Shown: in pieces, positions 42,891 to 57,029 of the stretch | Numbering within the stretch: position 1 is the stretch's first letter | Layout of the letters: each line of letters starts with the position of its first letter | NCBI RefSeq assembly: GCF_006345805.1 | Contig: NC_043002.1 | Span: forward strand, 115,940,001 to 116,004,000 | Direction of reading: 5' to 3' | Source: Octopus sinensis | Taxonomy: Eukaryota | Length of the DNA: 64,000 nt | The notes under the pieces: model-generated | The model's input: only the letters and a program-made list of their open reading frames with translations | Databases searched by the model: none | Told to the model about the DNA's origin: nothing | Program-made: the position numbers and the translations under genes

Positions 42891-43599
42891 CAATTATATA
42901 TATATATTGAAAAAATATAACAAGCCACATTCAGACTGTTGTCAATGAAACAATGTATTGCTTGAGTTATTTATTATTGTTTTTATGATATTTTATCTAA
43001 GATTGATTGTTGTTGGTTCAAATTAATGCACACAACCATTACGTTAGATCTTTTAGTATTTGTCAGTTTAGCTAGCAACATGGAAAACCATGATAACAGA
43101 GTTAACACTAGAAGAGATACCCTTTCTGGTGCCACCCACTCACCTGTTTCTAAGTGAAGTAGTAATCACTTAGTTTATCAAACCACAAATTGCCCAAACA
43201 TAATTAATAAGCCTTTTTTTTTTGCTTTGTTTATAAAGACCACACAACATGTTGAGAAGCTCAAACATGCTTTTGCAGTTCTAGACCAATGAATGAAGCA
43301 ACTATAAAGAGTAAGAAAAGTGGAACTATCAAGGAATTTACAAAAAGAAATTATGTAAACATTTTCCAGTTGAATTATAAACTTTTTTTTAATGCATTGA
43401 GTATCAAGTACCTGTATGAGTACTCATGTTCAATTCTGAACCATGATTCCACAATTCTGAACCATGATTCCACAGATCACAGTTTCAAGTAATTAAAATT
43501 TTGACACCATATTACAAATAAATGTTCAAGTGAAATCAACACTGTGTGTGTTTCTGAACATCTACTTGTGTCTTTCATGCTGCAATCATTTTAGTTTCA

Positions 43600-44310
43600 G
43601 CACACAGTCTCAGATCAAGACACCTGCTATGCAAGTACATCTCTGTGATTCCATTTAAATATTGATGAATCCAACCGTACAGTGTGCAGCAGAAAAAACT
43701 TCTCATATTTTACACAATTCTTTGTTGGAAACATGATGGTACCATCTGATGTTCTAGATGGTTCTCAGGGCTCTACTATTGAAGCCATCAATCCTTCTTG
43801 CCAAGGTCTGTGAGAGGGACTACATTTCTGCTCCATAAGGAGAATGGAGATGGCTGATGTGTTGTAGATGCAGAGCTTTGTCTTCTGAGAGATACAACAG
43901 TGCCATCAAAGGGGCCTCCATAGGGTGTACATGACATTTTCAACAAAGAACTGCATGTGCACATGCATCAGCCCACAGCCTCCCACCACATAGCTATCAG
44001 TTGTACGTGCTGGTACAGATATGTCCTCTATCTCCTGCTAGACCATCCTACCAGGGCTTTACTCTCATTTGACACAACAGCAGCAGGCTGGAAGGGGCTT
44101 CATGCCAGGCCCCACACCAGCTGGCTGGACATAATTGGAGAAGATCTCCAGAGGCTTGACGTCACCTTGGAGGATGCACAGGGGTTGGCACAGGATCACT
44201 AGCAATGGAGAGCACTTGTAGACCTGGTCAGCTTGATGCATGATAACGGCTCTGGGACCACTAACTTAGCAGGACCCCAGCCCCATCAGGCACTAGTGAG
44301 GTTAGCCAGG
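43600..44310 (+). mobile_element. Old RTE/RTE-X-like LINE 3' fragment (intronic)
   Basis: DHPTRALLSF..AGWKG..RPHTSWLDII.EDL...EDAQGLAQD..QWRALV. Confidence 0.65.
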
Positions 44311-44472
44311 TGAGAAGCATCTTCATGTTTTACCCATTTTTTTTTTCTTTTTGTGCAAGGAGTGGTTCTTCATGGCTTTTAGATCTTTGTTCACAATTTA
44401 AAAAAGAAATTTTTTCAAGCAATATTTTCACAAACAAACCTGATTGTTGCTTTCAGTTTTAGGACGATTGAA

Positions 44473-44685
44473 CCCTTTAGTTTTCATATTATTCTGTCAA
44501 ATGTAATGCTTTGTATTCATATTGTTTTAAATTAATCTTGTTATTATTGCACAGTTTTCAGATTTCAATTTTGAGATTGTTTATTTGTAGAATGACATTG
44601 TAGGCTAGATGTGAGAGGTCAAATCTAGCTGGTTTGATCATAAAAGAAGTAGAATGTTTGGGCTGGATATCGCTGGTTTAAAGAG
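44473..44685 (+). mobile_element. TTAA-type (piggyBac-like) MITE
   Basis: aaCCCTTTAG...aagagTTAA. Homologous to 45049-45248 and 17295-17512. Confidence 0.7.
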
Positions 44686-45048
44686 TTAAACTTGTATATT
44701 TTTTTTGTCTTTTGATTTTAGAAAAATGAAAATTTGATTAGAAGTTGCTCTAATTATATAATTTCATTTGTTATTATTCATATATGCAAAAAGAAGTTAC
44801 CTACTTGATCTTCCCTGTTATTAGTATTATCTACTTGTTCACCTTTGAGCCATACAAAGGCTTTAGAAATACCTCTGCCACTTAAATCTTTCATCTTCTT
44901 CTGTCACTCTCAGTATGTTGCGGTCAATCTTGAGATTCACACTAACCCTTTTGTCCGAAACTGCTTCCCCCAGGAACTTTTCTTTATGTTTTTCCTGAAA
45001 TTAAAAATATTTAGTCATCTATATTACTCAATGGAAGAGAATTTTTAT

Positions 45049-45248
45049 CCTTTAGCATTTAAACCTGCCATATCCAGCCCAAATATTCTACCTGTTTTAT
45101 GTTCAAACTGGCCAGATCTAGCCTTTCACACTAGCCTACAGTGTCATTCCAAAAACTAGGCAATCACATCATTGAAATCTCAAAGCTATGAAATACAATG
45201 TGAATAAATAAGCATTAGATTTGACAGAGTAATCTGAATGCTAAAGGG
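45049..45248 (-). mobile_element. TTAA-type MITE, inverted copy
   Basis: TIR cctttagcatt...aatgctaaaggg followed by TTAA. Confidence 0.8.
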
Positions 45249-46510
45249 TTAATCATTGCTCTTCAATAATTACTCTTTCTCAATTTGTTAAAAATTATTT
45301 TGGTATTAGGACTTTGGACATATAGTTTATACTTAAAACACTTGGAATCGATTTCAGGGAAAGTTTTCTACTTTGTTAGCTTTTTCAGTGGGTAGCGAAT
45401 AGACTAAGAAGTTAACAAGTTTTTGTGTTTTTTACTTTTATTAAAACTTTGTAAAGGAAATTTATGACTATAGATATGAAATCTTTTCTGTTTACTTTTG
45501 TCTTCATATGTAGCTTTGCTACTGTTTGTAGTCTGTACTTTATTTCAAGGTTAATGCACAATTAATAACTGTAGTTGTTGCTGGTGATGTTCATCCCTGT
45601 GCCTGATGAGTTAATGTGGAGTGAGCCGTTACACATTGTCTGTCACACACAGCTTATAAGTAGAACTAAATTTCTGATTCAATGGCAAGACAGAATAAAA
45701 TGATTAGTAGATGTTTGGTCTTAGGTTGAACTTTTTTGTCTGTAGGGTGAACTGAAATAGAAAAATAAAATCTTCTTTCTCAAAACGCAGCAGTAGTAGA
45801 TTTGCTTTCATGATTGAGAAGCACATAAGCCATCATGTGCTTGGTGAACAGTCAGATGACTTAAATATTTATTTTTAATATGCTCTGGCAGATTTGAATG
45901 TGCAAATACTAATCATTATTGTATTTTGTCATTAGAGGACAGCTTTTTTCATTACAAACCCGATTCAGTAGCATAAAAGGACTTTGAGACACCTAGTGTT
46001 TTGACACCATTGTTGTCTCCTCTGCTAAAGCTGCACCAGACTAATGAATCTAATAAAAGTTTGTGGCTCTTGTTTATAACTTCAAAAAACAAATGCCTTG
46101 CTAATGTGTGCTGATATCCATCAACTGTGCTGTTTAATGAGCATATGATGATTAATGATTGGCTGACAGATATCAGCAAGCATCAACAATTAATTTGTTT
46201 ACTGAAGTTACAATCCAGAGTCACAAACTCTTATTAGATTCATTAGTCAAGGGTAGCTTTCACTGAGGAGACACAATGCTGTTGTAACACCAGGTGTCCT
46301 AAAGTCTCCTTGTGCTAATGAATTGAGTGTGTTATGAACACACTTTCATCTGAAAAAAGCCATTGAGAAAATACAACAGTGATTAGCATATTCATATTGG
46401 AATCTGCCAGAATGCAGTATGAATGAATATGTAAGTTATCATTTATTTATTCAGTTTTATTGCTTTTGTTGAAATTGTATTATTTATAGAATGTCAAATT
46501 TTGTTTCCAG

Positions 46511-46665
46511 AACTTATGGCTGGCATTGGAATTGGTTGTGTTCTCATTGGTGGACTTCTTGGTTTCATTTTTGGCTGGGGAGTTTTTCGACGTACTCACA
46601 AAAGAAACAGAAGACAGCCTTTTGATAAAGATATGGTTTACATGGAGGAAGATCAAAACTTGTGA
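46511..46665 (+). CDS. CTBS: Terminal coding exon: transmembrane helix and cytoplasmic tail
   Basis: ttttgtttccAG acceptor, phase compatible. Encodes QLMAGIGIGCVLIGGLLGFIFGWGVF RRTHKRNRRQPFDKDMVYMEEDQNL*. Confidence 0.72.
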
Positions 46666-47155
46666 AAACTGATAAAAAGAATGAAACATTTTTATAACAA
46701 TGTAATTTTTCAAAAATTTGATGTTTTGTCACATATATGCTATTTTTGTTCGTTTGTTTTACTCCTTAAATTAGCTCCTTACAAATATTTTTATTGTTGT
46801 AAGAAAGGAAACTTTAGATCTGTCCATTTATTATTTCATTCTAGATGATATTTGTGCTAAGTTATTGAAATCGCTCATTGTGTTGTATTTGATAATTATT
46901 CTCTTTCAATCTGTTTATATTTTATATCTTTAAAGTTTAAATGAGCCTTTTTGCTTTTAAAGTGTTTTGTTTGTTGTTGGCTATTTATTAATGCTATTTG
47001 TTCCACCCATTTTTGGATTTGTTAAGTATTTTTTTATATTTGAAAGACTTTTGTAACACTGATATAGTTTTTATTACCAACATCTTCATTCCTTAAATTC
47101 TGATTTGTTTAACTCTTCTACTGTGGAAATCAGATATATTCCACTCAAAATTTCA

Positions 47156-47346
47156 TTACCTTTAACTGCAGAAAGCATTTTTATATACCAATCCATCTTT
47201 TGTTAAAGAATGTCATGTTTGAAACTATTTTTTGTTGAGTTTATTGAGGCAATGTGACTTGCAGAAAACTACCAGTTCTATTTTTTGGAAGATATTAACA
47301 TCATTACTGGAATAACCATGAAATTTAATTTTGCATTAAAGGGTTA
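47156..47346. mobile_element. Possible TTAA-type MITE downstream of the stop codon
   Basis: ttacctttaa...gcattaaagggTTAA. Confidence 0.45.
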
Positions 47347-47848
47347 ATGTTTGCATTTCAATAAGAAATTGAATCCAAATATTTTTACTTAGGAATAACA
47401 GAATCCAATTCAAATTATATAAATAATTGTGTACAATATTTCTATCATCATTTCATAAAATGTAAATTGTACATTTTCCAAAATTGAGAGGTCTATTTTT
47501 TTAAATTTGTTTTTAAAAATTATATGGTAATGAAATATATAAACACTCTGTCTGTCTGTGTCTGCCTGTTTGTCTGCTTGTCTGCTTGCCTGCCTCCCTG
47601 TCTGTCTCTCTGTTTGTCTTTTTGTCATGATTGTTATTTTATGCCTGTTTTTTTTTTTTTATACTGGCATGGTTTTGAGGATCCAGTGAGTGAGGGGATC
47701 ACATCACACTCCACTGTCTCTGTTTTTGCATGGATGCCCTTCCCAACACCAGCCATTTTATAAGAGCATTGGGGGCTTTTTCTTTTTTTCCCAAAGTGCA
47801 ATCACTAGTGAGGTGATCTTGCAACTTGCAAGAAGAAAGAGTTTGAAG

Positions 47849-48102
47849 CAGTGGTTCCCAAACTTTTTTGGGGGCTGCTGCCCCATTGGCACACGGGTCA
47901 GATTCCTAGTGCCCCCAACCCACTCACCACCACAAACAGATCACTTTCTGAAGCAAATTCAAAACAATTGTTTTTCACAAATAAAACTTAACCTGATCAA
48001 CCCATTATTTTGTTCTTTTTACACTCACCACTCCTTTGTCCCCACTTTCCTTCACCTCCTCCCCTATCACCCCACACCCAGGAGAGCTTTTGGGAACCAC
48101 TG
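47849..48102. mobile_element. hAT MITE
   Basis: 14-bp TIR cagtggttcccaaa. 8-bp TSD gtttgaag/gtctaaag (6/8). Confidence 0.85.
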
Positions 48103-48140
48103 GTCTAAAGGCTCCCCATGTCTGAAAGAAGAATATGAGT

Positions 48141-48205
<65 letters not shown>

Positions 48206-48713
48206 TATGATGATTCTAGGTGAGATAAGAATGGGTAAAAAAGGATGAGAGGATCAGATTTATATCTGTGAGATGGTAAGATGATGGTTGTGGGGTGAGT
48301 AATAGAATAGATTGGGAGAGGGAGTGTGGAAGAGAGAGTGGAAAGGAGGAAGGAATTAGTGTCAGGGGTTTGTGAGAAGAGGAAGGAGAGAAGGGTAAAG
48401 GTGATGGGTTGAGTTGTGTAGGGAGTGGGGTTCTGTTGCTATCCCACAACAGGTTAGTGTGGGTAGAAGGTGTGAGGAGAAGGGAACATGAAAGAGAGGA
48501 GGAAGAGAAGAGGGTGACAAGGAAGATGGAGAGGGTTATTAGAAGAAAGAAAGGTTTGGGTCGTCTTGGAGGTTGGTCTGCAATGAGCGAGTGTTGAGGT
48601 GAGAGAGAGCCAGTAAGGAGAGGACAGTGGGAGGAGATGAAGCAGAGATGGAAGTGGTGTGCGAATGCAGTGAGAGTAGTGAGGAAAAGAGAAGCAGAAA
48701 GAGACGCATATAC

Positions 48714-48745
<32 letters not shown>

Positions 48746-49432
48746 ATGTATAGGTATATGTGTATATATGTATGTATGTATAGGTATATGTGTGTATATA
48801 TATGTATACATGTGTGTATATATGTATACATATATATATGTATACATGTGTGTATATATGTATATATATGTGTGTATAGACACGCACACACATTTGTATC
48901 TATCTATATCTCTATACATTTAACATCCATTTCCCATGTTTGCAAGGGTCAGACACAATTTGTTGAGGCAGATTTTCTATGTCCTGATGCCAACTCTCAC
49001 TTGTTTCCAAGCTGAGTAATATTTCCCCATGGCCAGACATGTTTTCAAGGAAGACTGGAAGGGAACATCACTTTTATGATGGTGAGGCTTGCTTGCAGGT
49101 ATTGCATGGTATTGAGATGAGAGCATACACCAGTGCATGCACACACATACACGCACACATGCGCACACACACACACATGTTCGTGTGTGTGTGTGTGTGT
49201 AATATAATATAATTTTCACTGATTGAATTTACTGGATTTCAAATGCATAGGACTCTACATTACATTTATGTATTGGAACATAAATCTTCTTCCACGAAAA
49301 GATAGCTTAAACTGTGCTCTAAATGGAGGTGTAGTCAAATCCTGTTCTAAAAAAAGTCGAAAGGTAAGCTACTATAAATCGGCACAAACTTTCTGGACAA
49401 CCCAAGATATATATATATATATATATATATAT

Positions 49433-49927
49433 GTGGAGACACAATGGCCCAGTGGTTAGGGCAGCGGACTCGCGGTCGTATGATCGCGGTTTCGATTCCC
49501 AGACCGGGCATTGTGAGTGTTTTTTGAGTAACAACAGCTAAAGCTCCACGAGGCTCCGGCCGGGGGCGGTGGTGAACCATGTTGTACTCTTTCACCACAA
49601 CTTCCTCTCACTCTTTCTTCCTGTTTCTGTTGTACCTGTATTTCAAAGAGCCAGCCTTGTCACGCTGAATCTCCTCGAGAACTACGTTAAGGGTACACGT
49701 GTCTGTGGAGTGTTCAGCCACTTGCATGTTAATGAGTTGCGACGTCACCGGTGCCAAGCTGTATCGGCCCCTTTGCCTTTCCCTTGGATAACATCGGTGG
49801 CATGGAAAGGGGAGGCTGGTATGCGTGGGCGACTGCTGGTCTTCCATAAACAACCTTGCCCAGACTTGTACCTCGGAGGGTAACTTTCTAGGTGCAATTC
49901 CATGGTCATTCGTGACCGAAGGAGGTC
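49433..49927 (+). mobile_element. tRNA(Arg)-like SINE (OR-type), long tail
   Basis: A box tggcccagtgg, anticodon-like ggactcgcgg, B box gtttcgattcc. Confidence 0.85.
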
Positions 49928-50774
49928 ACAATTTTGGTTTACTATGAGGTTTGTAGCCTGGTCCACCAAAGGAGGTCTTTTGTGATTACCATTGGATTAT
50001 ATAAATCATTATATATATATATATATATACACACATGCATCCATCCATACATGCATGCATGCAAACAAACAAACAAACAAACAAACAATAAGCTTCTTTA
50101 TTTGCCCAAGGTGCTGTGCAGTAGGACTGAACTCCCAAGACTACATGGCTGGGAAGCAAGCTTCTTAACTACACAGCAATGCCTTTATATATGTGTATAC
50201 GTGTACACACACACAGTCGTAGCATAGACTATCTAGAATTTCCTTTTGTTGTTGCTCTAAAGATATGTTTACTTAAACTGTTTTGATGTCTCCCCCTTAC
50301 TTTCTCTCTTATCTCCTTTTATATACTCACTCAGGTACTTAAACTTAGCCAAAATAAAAAAAAAAGAAAACCTAAAAATCATGGGCTGACTTCTTCATGA
50401 TAAGAAAATAAATCCCTTAATTTGCTACTTCAATCTTTTATTCTGATACTTTGCTAACCCAAATATTTTATCTTATTTTTTGTTTTTACTAATATGTTTA
50501 TAATTCCTTATCTAAAAAAAAATTCTGTCTAGTCATTCTCCACTCCACTGCAATTTCAATGCTGTCACATTCCCCACTCCCCCATAACAAATCTATCCTA
50601 AGTCATTCCTTAACAACGAATATAACTTTGGCCTTATTCTGAAGCTGCCAGTGTCTTATCCTGTATTAGGCTTTTTGTACCTAACCCTGATAACTCCATC
50701 AAATATCAGGTAACTGTGGTTATATCCCCTCTACACAATAACAGCACTCATGACAATATTAAATAATCCTTTCT

Positions 50775-50970
50775 AATACAGGCACAAGGCCTGAAACTTT
50801 TAGGGAGTATGTACATTAACCCAGAACTTAACTGATACTTATTCTATAGGCCTCGAAAGGATGAAGGGCAAAGTTGACTTTGCTAGCATTTGAACTCAGA
50901 ATGTAAAGAGCTGGCAAAAATGCTGTTAACCATTTTGTCTGGTACAGGGTTGGTTCTGCTTACTTGCTGC
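50775..50970 (-). mobile_element. Degenerate tRNA SINE (family of 9412 and 20717)
   Basis: aaaggatgaagggcaaagttgac...atttgaactcagaatg. Confidence 0.7.
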
Positions 50971-51049
50971 CTTTATGGATAACAATAATAAATAATATTC
51001 ATTGATAACTGTAAGAAACAGTAAATGCAACAATAGCCTGTGTGGCAAA

Positions 51050-52760
51050 GCACTGAAAATTGATAAGAAAATCCAATGAAGGGTCTATAAGATCTTTCTG
51101 CAGACTCACTGATGATTGACAGTATCGTCATCAATGTGGCTGGTGACTTCAGTGAACACATTGGTCAACACCCATGGATGTTATAGCTGTGGTACAATGA
51201 ATGAGAAGAGTTTAAGGCTCTTACAGTTCTGTGATGCAGCTGACCTAACAGTTTGCAACACAGACTTCATGAAACCAGCCAGCCACCTACTCACCTACAA
51301 GTCTAATGAATACACAAGTTAGATTTCAGCCTCATAAGGAAATGCAAAAGGCAGACCATTGTAAATACCACAGCCTTTCTTGGTGAGGAATGCTCTCCCC
51401 AACACATATTAAAGACTAGGGACTTCGGAGTTAGCATGAAGTAGACTCAGAAACAGAAGACGATACTGAGAAGAAAGACGTGGGAACTTAAAGAACCTGC
51501 AACCGACCCTAGGTTCAAGGAAATTCTACTTGATGAGTATAATGGTAAGGAGGAGGTAGATCCTTACAACACAGATGACAGCTGAAAGTTCTTACAGGAT
51601 AATTGCTTAGGGTTACAAAGTCGTGGCCAGGCTGAAGGTGACATGGTAGTGGAAAGACATGGTAGATAGAACTGTAAAAGCTAAAAGACCAGCTTCCAAT
51701 GACTGAAAAGAAGGTGAAAGAGCTAGAAGGGACGCTTGGTGTCAGGTGTATCTGGTTAAGATAAAAGCAGAGAGGAAGAGCTTTGCATATGTTCTGCAAT
51801 GTGAGGGCTAGATGCATGAGGTGATTGCAAGGTAGTGGGTAAGAGAGGACCTAGATATCAGGGAAAAGTTTATGTGAAATGATGAAGGCACACCATTACT
51901 GTTGATGACAGGAAAGAAGCTTGGAAATGTTGATAATGGAGGCCGTTGAACAAAGAGAATGTCAGGGTTAGAGAAGGGCTACCTCACGTCAACATTGGAG
52001 AGGAAGCAGCCATAGTTTAAATGAATTATTAATAGCATCAGTAACATCAGTCTTGGAGAGCCTGCATGGGTCATGAGCTCTGTCCCAGCCTCAAGACTTG
52101 GCAGGTAAAAAAAAAAGAACAGAAAGATGGGAAAGACAAGTCTTTTATCGCTGGGCTTCATTTATCACGGTAACATTATTAAGATAAATAAATATTTGGT
52201 AACATTTAAAACACGATTATAAATAAATAAATATTTGTTGATATTTCTCAAGATGTTTGCTAATGAAATCTGAAGTGTATTTGTAATAAGTTACAAGTGA
52301 TGATTGAATTTTCCTGTAAGAAACACTCCTGAAGATGAAGATGGCTGTCGTTTTCAACAAAAACTCCTAATTAAATATATATGACTGATATTGTGTTAGT
52401 GCCGTATATGGTCATGCGTCGACCATGTGGGAACCCTTTAACTATCATCAAATGATTGCACCACCTTTCAAGGAACACATGGATACATATACACCAAACA
52501 ACCTGAACATTGTTATTAAAAACGGTTACCTTCATACAGATTTTTCTGAGTTATCAGTACTAGAGTTGACTGAGAAATAGAAAAAGCAATTTCAGTAGTC
52601 AGAGTATGTGGCATATGCACCACTCTCAGGACTGACTGAGGAATCAAAGAATCATTTTTATGACTCCTATAAACTAACTTGATAACAAATAACAGAAAAT
52701 AACCATTGGTGGCTTTAATGGGCATGTTGGGCAGCACCTGATATCTATTCTGACGCACAT
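51050..52760 (+). mobile_element. Highly decayed RTE AP-endonuclease fragments
   Basis: AGDFSEHIG...NEKSLRLLQFCDAADLTVCNTDFMKPASHLLTY. Confidence 0.65.
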
Positions 52761-53306
52761 GAATATAATTAGCATCAATTAAAATATATGGTAGAATTGA
52801 ATGTTAAGTTCCTAGACTCCATCCCAATGGATCAGTTTAAAAGAGCATAAGCTAAATTTCTTAGCTGACCCTAAATTCAGGCTTAATTAATCTTACTAAA
52901 AGTGGATTAAGTAGAAACAGCAAGGTTGTCCTTGGTGCAGTTGATGAAAGTATACAATCCACTAACCTTCTCCTCTCAATGAAAGATTGGTTTACCAATT
53001 TACATGACAAATGTCACTGCAAAATCACTTGAGGACATTTTTGTGCAGGCCTTGTAATTTGGTTGGAATAAGCTACTATCACAGGCCTGAACATAATTGT
53101 CATTATGCATGCCAGAAAGTTCCTTCTTATTTTTCAGTGATGTTTTCTGAGTGAAGTGTAATTGTTCAGAAGATTTTGCCAAGACTATGGGCTGCTTCGA
53201 TGGAGTGCATTGTTATAGGAATATTTATTTTAGATAACCTACTATGTAAAACAAAACAAAAAATTGCTTTTGAAATGATTTTCTTGTCTATGTAATATAT
53301 ATATAT

Positions 53307-53590
53307 ATCATCATCATCATTTAACGTCCATTGTCCATGCTGGCATGGGTTGGACGGTTTGACCATTCCTGGTAAGCTGAAAGGCTGCACCAGACTCTGA
53401 TTTGGCATGTTTACTGCAGCTGGATGCTCTTCCTAATGCCAACCACTCTGAGGCTGTAATGGGTGCTTTTACATACCACCAGCATGGGTGCCATTTGTAT
53501 GATACCAGTATCTGCCACAACTGCAATTTTACACAGCTTAATGGGTCTTCTTCTTAAACACAAAATACTGATGATCATGATGATGATGGT
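53307..53590 (-). mobile_element. RTE 3'UTR tail fragment
   Basis: catcatcatttaacgtcc...catgggttggacgg. Confidence 0.8.
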
Positions 53591-53621
53591 GTGTGTGTGT
53601 ATGTATATATATGTATATATA

Positions 53622-53686
<65 letters not shown>

Positions 53687-54156
53687 GGGTGTGTGTGATT
53701 GTGTATAGAAGAATATATTAATAAAAGGAATTCCAACCTTGTCTGATTTTCACGTTTTATTTACAATCTTATAATGATATATTATAAGATAATATAATAG
53801 AATAAAATAAAATAAAATAATAGAATGTTAAATGTTCATTCTGATTGAACTAGTACTTTCATGCATTAAATTCTGCAATCTTCAGGTTCATGTAGTAGTG
53901 GTGACAGTCATGCTTCACAATTTTTGACTGTAGCGAGATGGTTAAATCTGTGCCTTAAATACAGGTGTGCGGGCTCCAGATTGCTAGGTTTTTCAAACTA
54001 TATTCTGACCAATCAGTGTGTAGCATCACTCAATTACTTAAGCTGATTGGTTGGTTTAGGCGTCACGCTTTGTTGAATAATAATTATTTGAGGGAAAATT
54101 AATCCTAACTTACAGGGAAAAATTAAATTTAGAAATACTAAATCAAATTTCACACA

Positions 54157-54225
<69 letters not shown>

Positions 54226-54837
54226 TAGAAAAAAACCCACCTTTTATCAATTCAAAATGAACAATTAAATTACACCATCTAGAAAATTACATATAATAGA
54301 AATATTAAAATTAAAATAACAATAATTATGTATATATGTGTGTATATATATATATATGTATATATATGTGTGTGTGTATATATATAAATGTATATATATA
54401 TGTATATATAAAATATATATATGTAGATATAAATGTATATATAAAAGTATATATATATATATATGTAGATATAAATGTATATATGTGTATATATAAAAGT
54501 ATATATATATGTATATATAAATGTATATATATGTGTATATATATAAAAGTATATATATATATATATGTACGCATATGTATGTATATATGTATGTATGTAT
54601 ATATATATGTATGTATATATATATATGTGTATGTATATATATGTATGTATATATATATGTATATATATGTGCATATGTATGTATATATATATATCTATGT
54701 ATATATATATGTGCATATGTATGTATATATATATATCTATGTATATATATATGTGCATTTGTATGTGTATATATATGTATGTATATATATATGTATGTGT
54801 ATATATATATATATATATATGTATGTATATATATATG

Positions 54838-54880
<43 letters not shown>

Positions 54881-54889
54881 GTGCATATG

Positions 54890-54943
<54 letters not shown>

Positions 54944-55220
54944 TGTATGTGTGTGTGTATCAGAGGTTACCTGTGATAGAGGTAAAGATAACTCTCTAAG
55001 GGATAGAGGTATCCATTACATTATCAGTATATTACCTATATTTAACCATGGGCAAGCATATGCAAACATATTACATTCAGAAATTATATGTAAAGACAAG
55101 GATAAACATGGCTTTACCAAGAATCAAAATTTAAATAAAACAAGAATTGGAGAAATATTGGTGAACAACAATTGACTTACATTAATTATTATTTATTAAT
55201 TCAATGCAAAAAGACTGCAT

Positions 55221-55332
55221 CCCATCTAACAGCTGTTTCTGCTTCCAATGTTGTCGTGCATTGCCATTGTTATGCAGAAATATATTTGGTTATAAAACTG
55301 ATCTGAAACATGGAGATTCATCAGAATGAAGA
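55221..55332 (-). ncRNA. Degenerate hammerhead motif in a Penelope-type repeat
   Basis: Minus strand cattCTGATGA...imperfect stem II with long loop...GAAA CAGCTG TT agatgg. Confidence 0.45.
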
Positions 55333-56853
55333 ATAAATAAAGAAGGAGAACATGTAGAAGAAAAAGGGAAAAGTTGAATATGGTTGTGATTATACCATTT
55401 TGCTTGTGTATATCTTTGGGACATTAAGTAAATGTGTATACCAAAATAGCAATTGGGATAGTAAATACAAGATTAAAAAAAATATAGAATAAATATTAAG
55501 AGAGGAACCTATTTGGACATTTAGGAAGTAAGACAGTTGGGGTTGAAAATGGTCTGAAAGTATTTTAATAAGAATGTGAAATTAGTAAAACCAATGAAAC
55601 AAATTTATTCCATAGGAAAAGTATGGAAAAATTTATGCTCAAGAGGAAGTAATAACTAGGGTAAGTGGCCATAATTAGGGACTGCTGGTTGCCATCCAGT
55701 GCACCTAAACAGCTCATATATATATATGTGTGTGTATATATTTATATATATGTATAAATATATGTATAAATATGTATACATAATTGAGATTCAAATGAAT
55801 TAGGTGCTTAAGTTGAAGCACCAAATCAGTGTGGTATTATCCGTACAACTCAAAATAAGGTGAATAAAATCAAAATAAGCAACAGGATATTAAGAGGTGA
55901 TGCAATATAACTGTTTCAAGTGGTTCCATTTAATTGAGCAATGCACTTATTACATCAGTCATAAATATTGTCAAGATTTCTAGAATTAGTACAAAGTAAC
56001 TGTCTATAAAGGAGGCTGGGTAGGAGAAGACACCAAATCAAGATGTTAATTACCAGTTAAAGGGACAAGACACAAATAAGACCTATTATGTTAATACAGA
56101 GGAAATTATCATGCAGTACTGCAGGTGATTGTATATAAACAATATTGTTTATTAAAAATGATATTATACCCAAACTAGATAAAATGTGTATATATACCAA
56201 TTTTCAACGTTAGAAAGGGAAGATTACATAGAATTAGTTTAATATTCATTCATGTACTTCATTATTTACTTGTGTGTATCTGTACACAGCTTATTTTACC
56301 AGTTTTTTTTTCTGATTCTTAGCTTATAATTAATATATAGATAGCATGCTTTATCGCCCTAGTATTCTGTAAGTAAATACCCAGAGTAGTCTTTATAGAA
56401 ACCACCAAATAAATAATCTTAGAAATCCTGACAATATTTCTGAGCATACCCAGCTCTGTGCTGTCAACTCACTCCTGACCTCCATTCTAAACAGACACAG
56501 TCTTCTAGCCTAAGATTTGGTAGTTGATGAAAAAAGACTAATAGATTGAAAATGAACCACAATCCTTTACAAGCTATGACCCCCAACAAACTCCATACAG
56601 ATCTTAGAAGTGTAGTACATTCTTAGGTACATTAGTAGCAACATGCACTCTTTCCCTCTTCTTGCTCCATTAGAGAATTTGAGTAAAATTATATCAATGT
56701 GTCCAACTGATTAAAAATTCTATTTATTTATGCAGGTCAGGATAGCTCTGTATTTAAATTGACGTAACGATTGCATTGTTCAATTAAATGGAGTCACTTG
56801 AAACGGTCGTACTGCATCACCTCTTGAAGACCTGTTGCTTATGCATATATAAA

Positions 56854-56885
<32 letters not shown>

Positions 56886-56961
56886 CATATATATATACAT
56901 ATATTTATATTTACATATATATATATATATATATATACATATATATACATATATTTATATT

Positions 56962-57029
<68 letters not shown>

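Noticed and set aside
43431-43472. Perfect 21-bp tandem duplication
   Set aside because: Ordinary slippage event with no further structure.
48216-48893. 225-aa minus ORF over a purine-rich tract
   Set aside because: Low-complexity composition plus microsatellite, with no recognisable domain.
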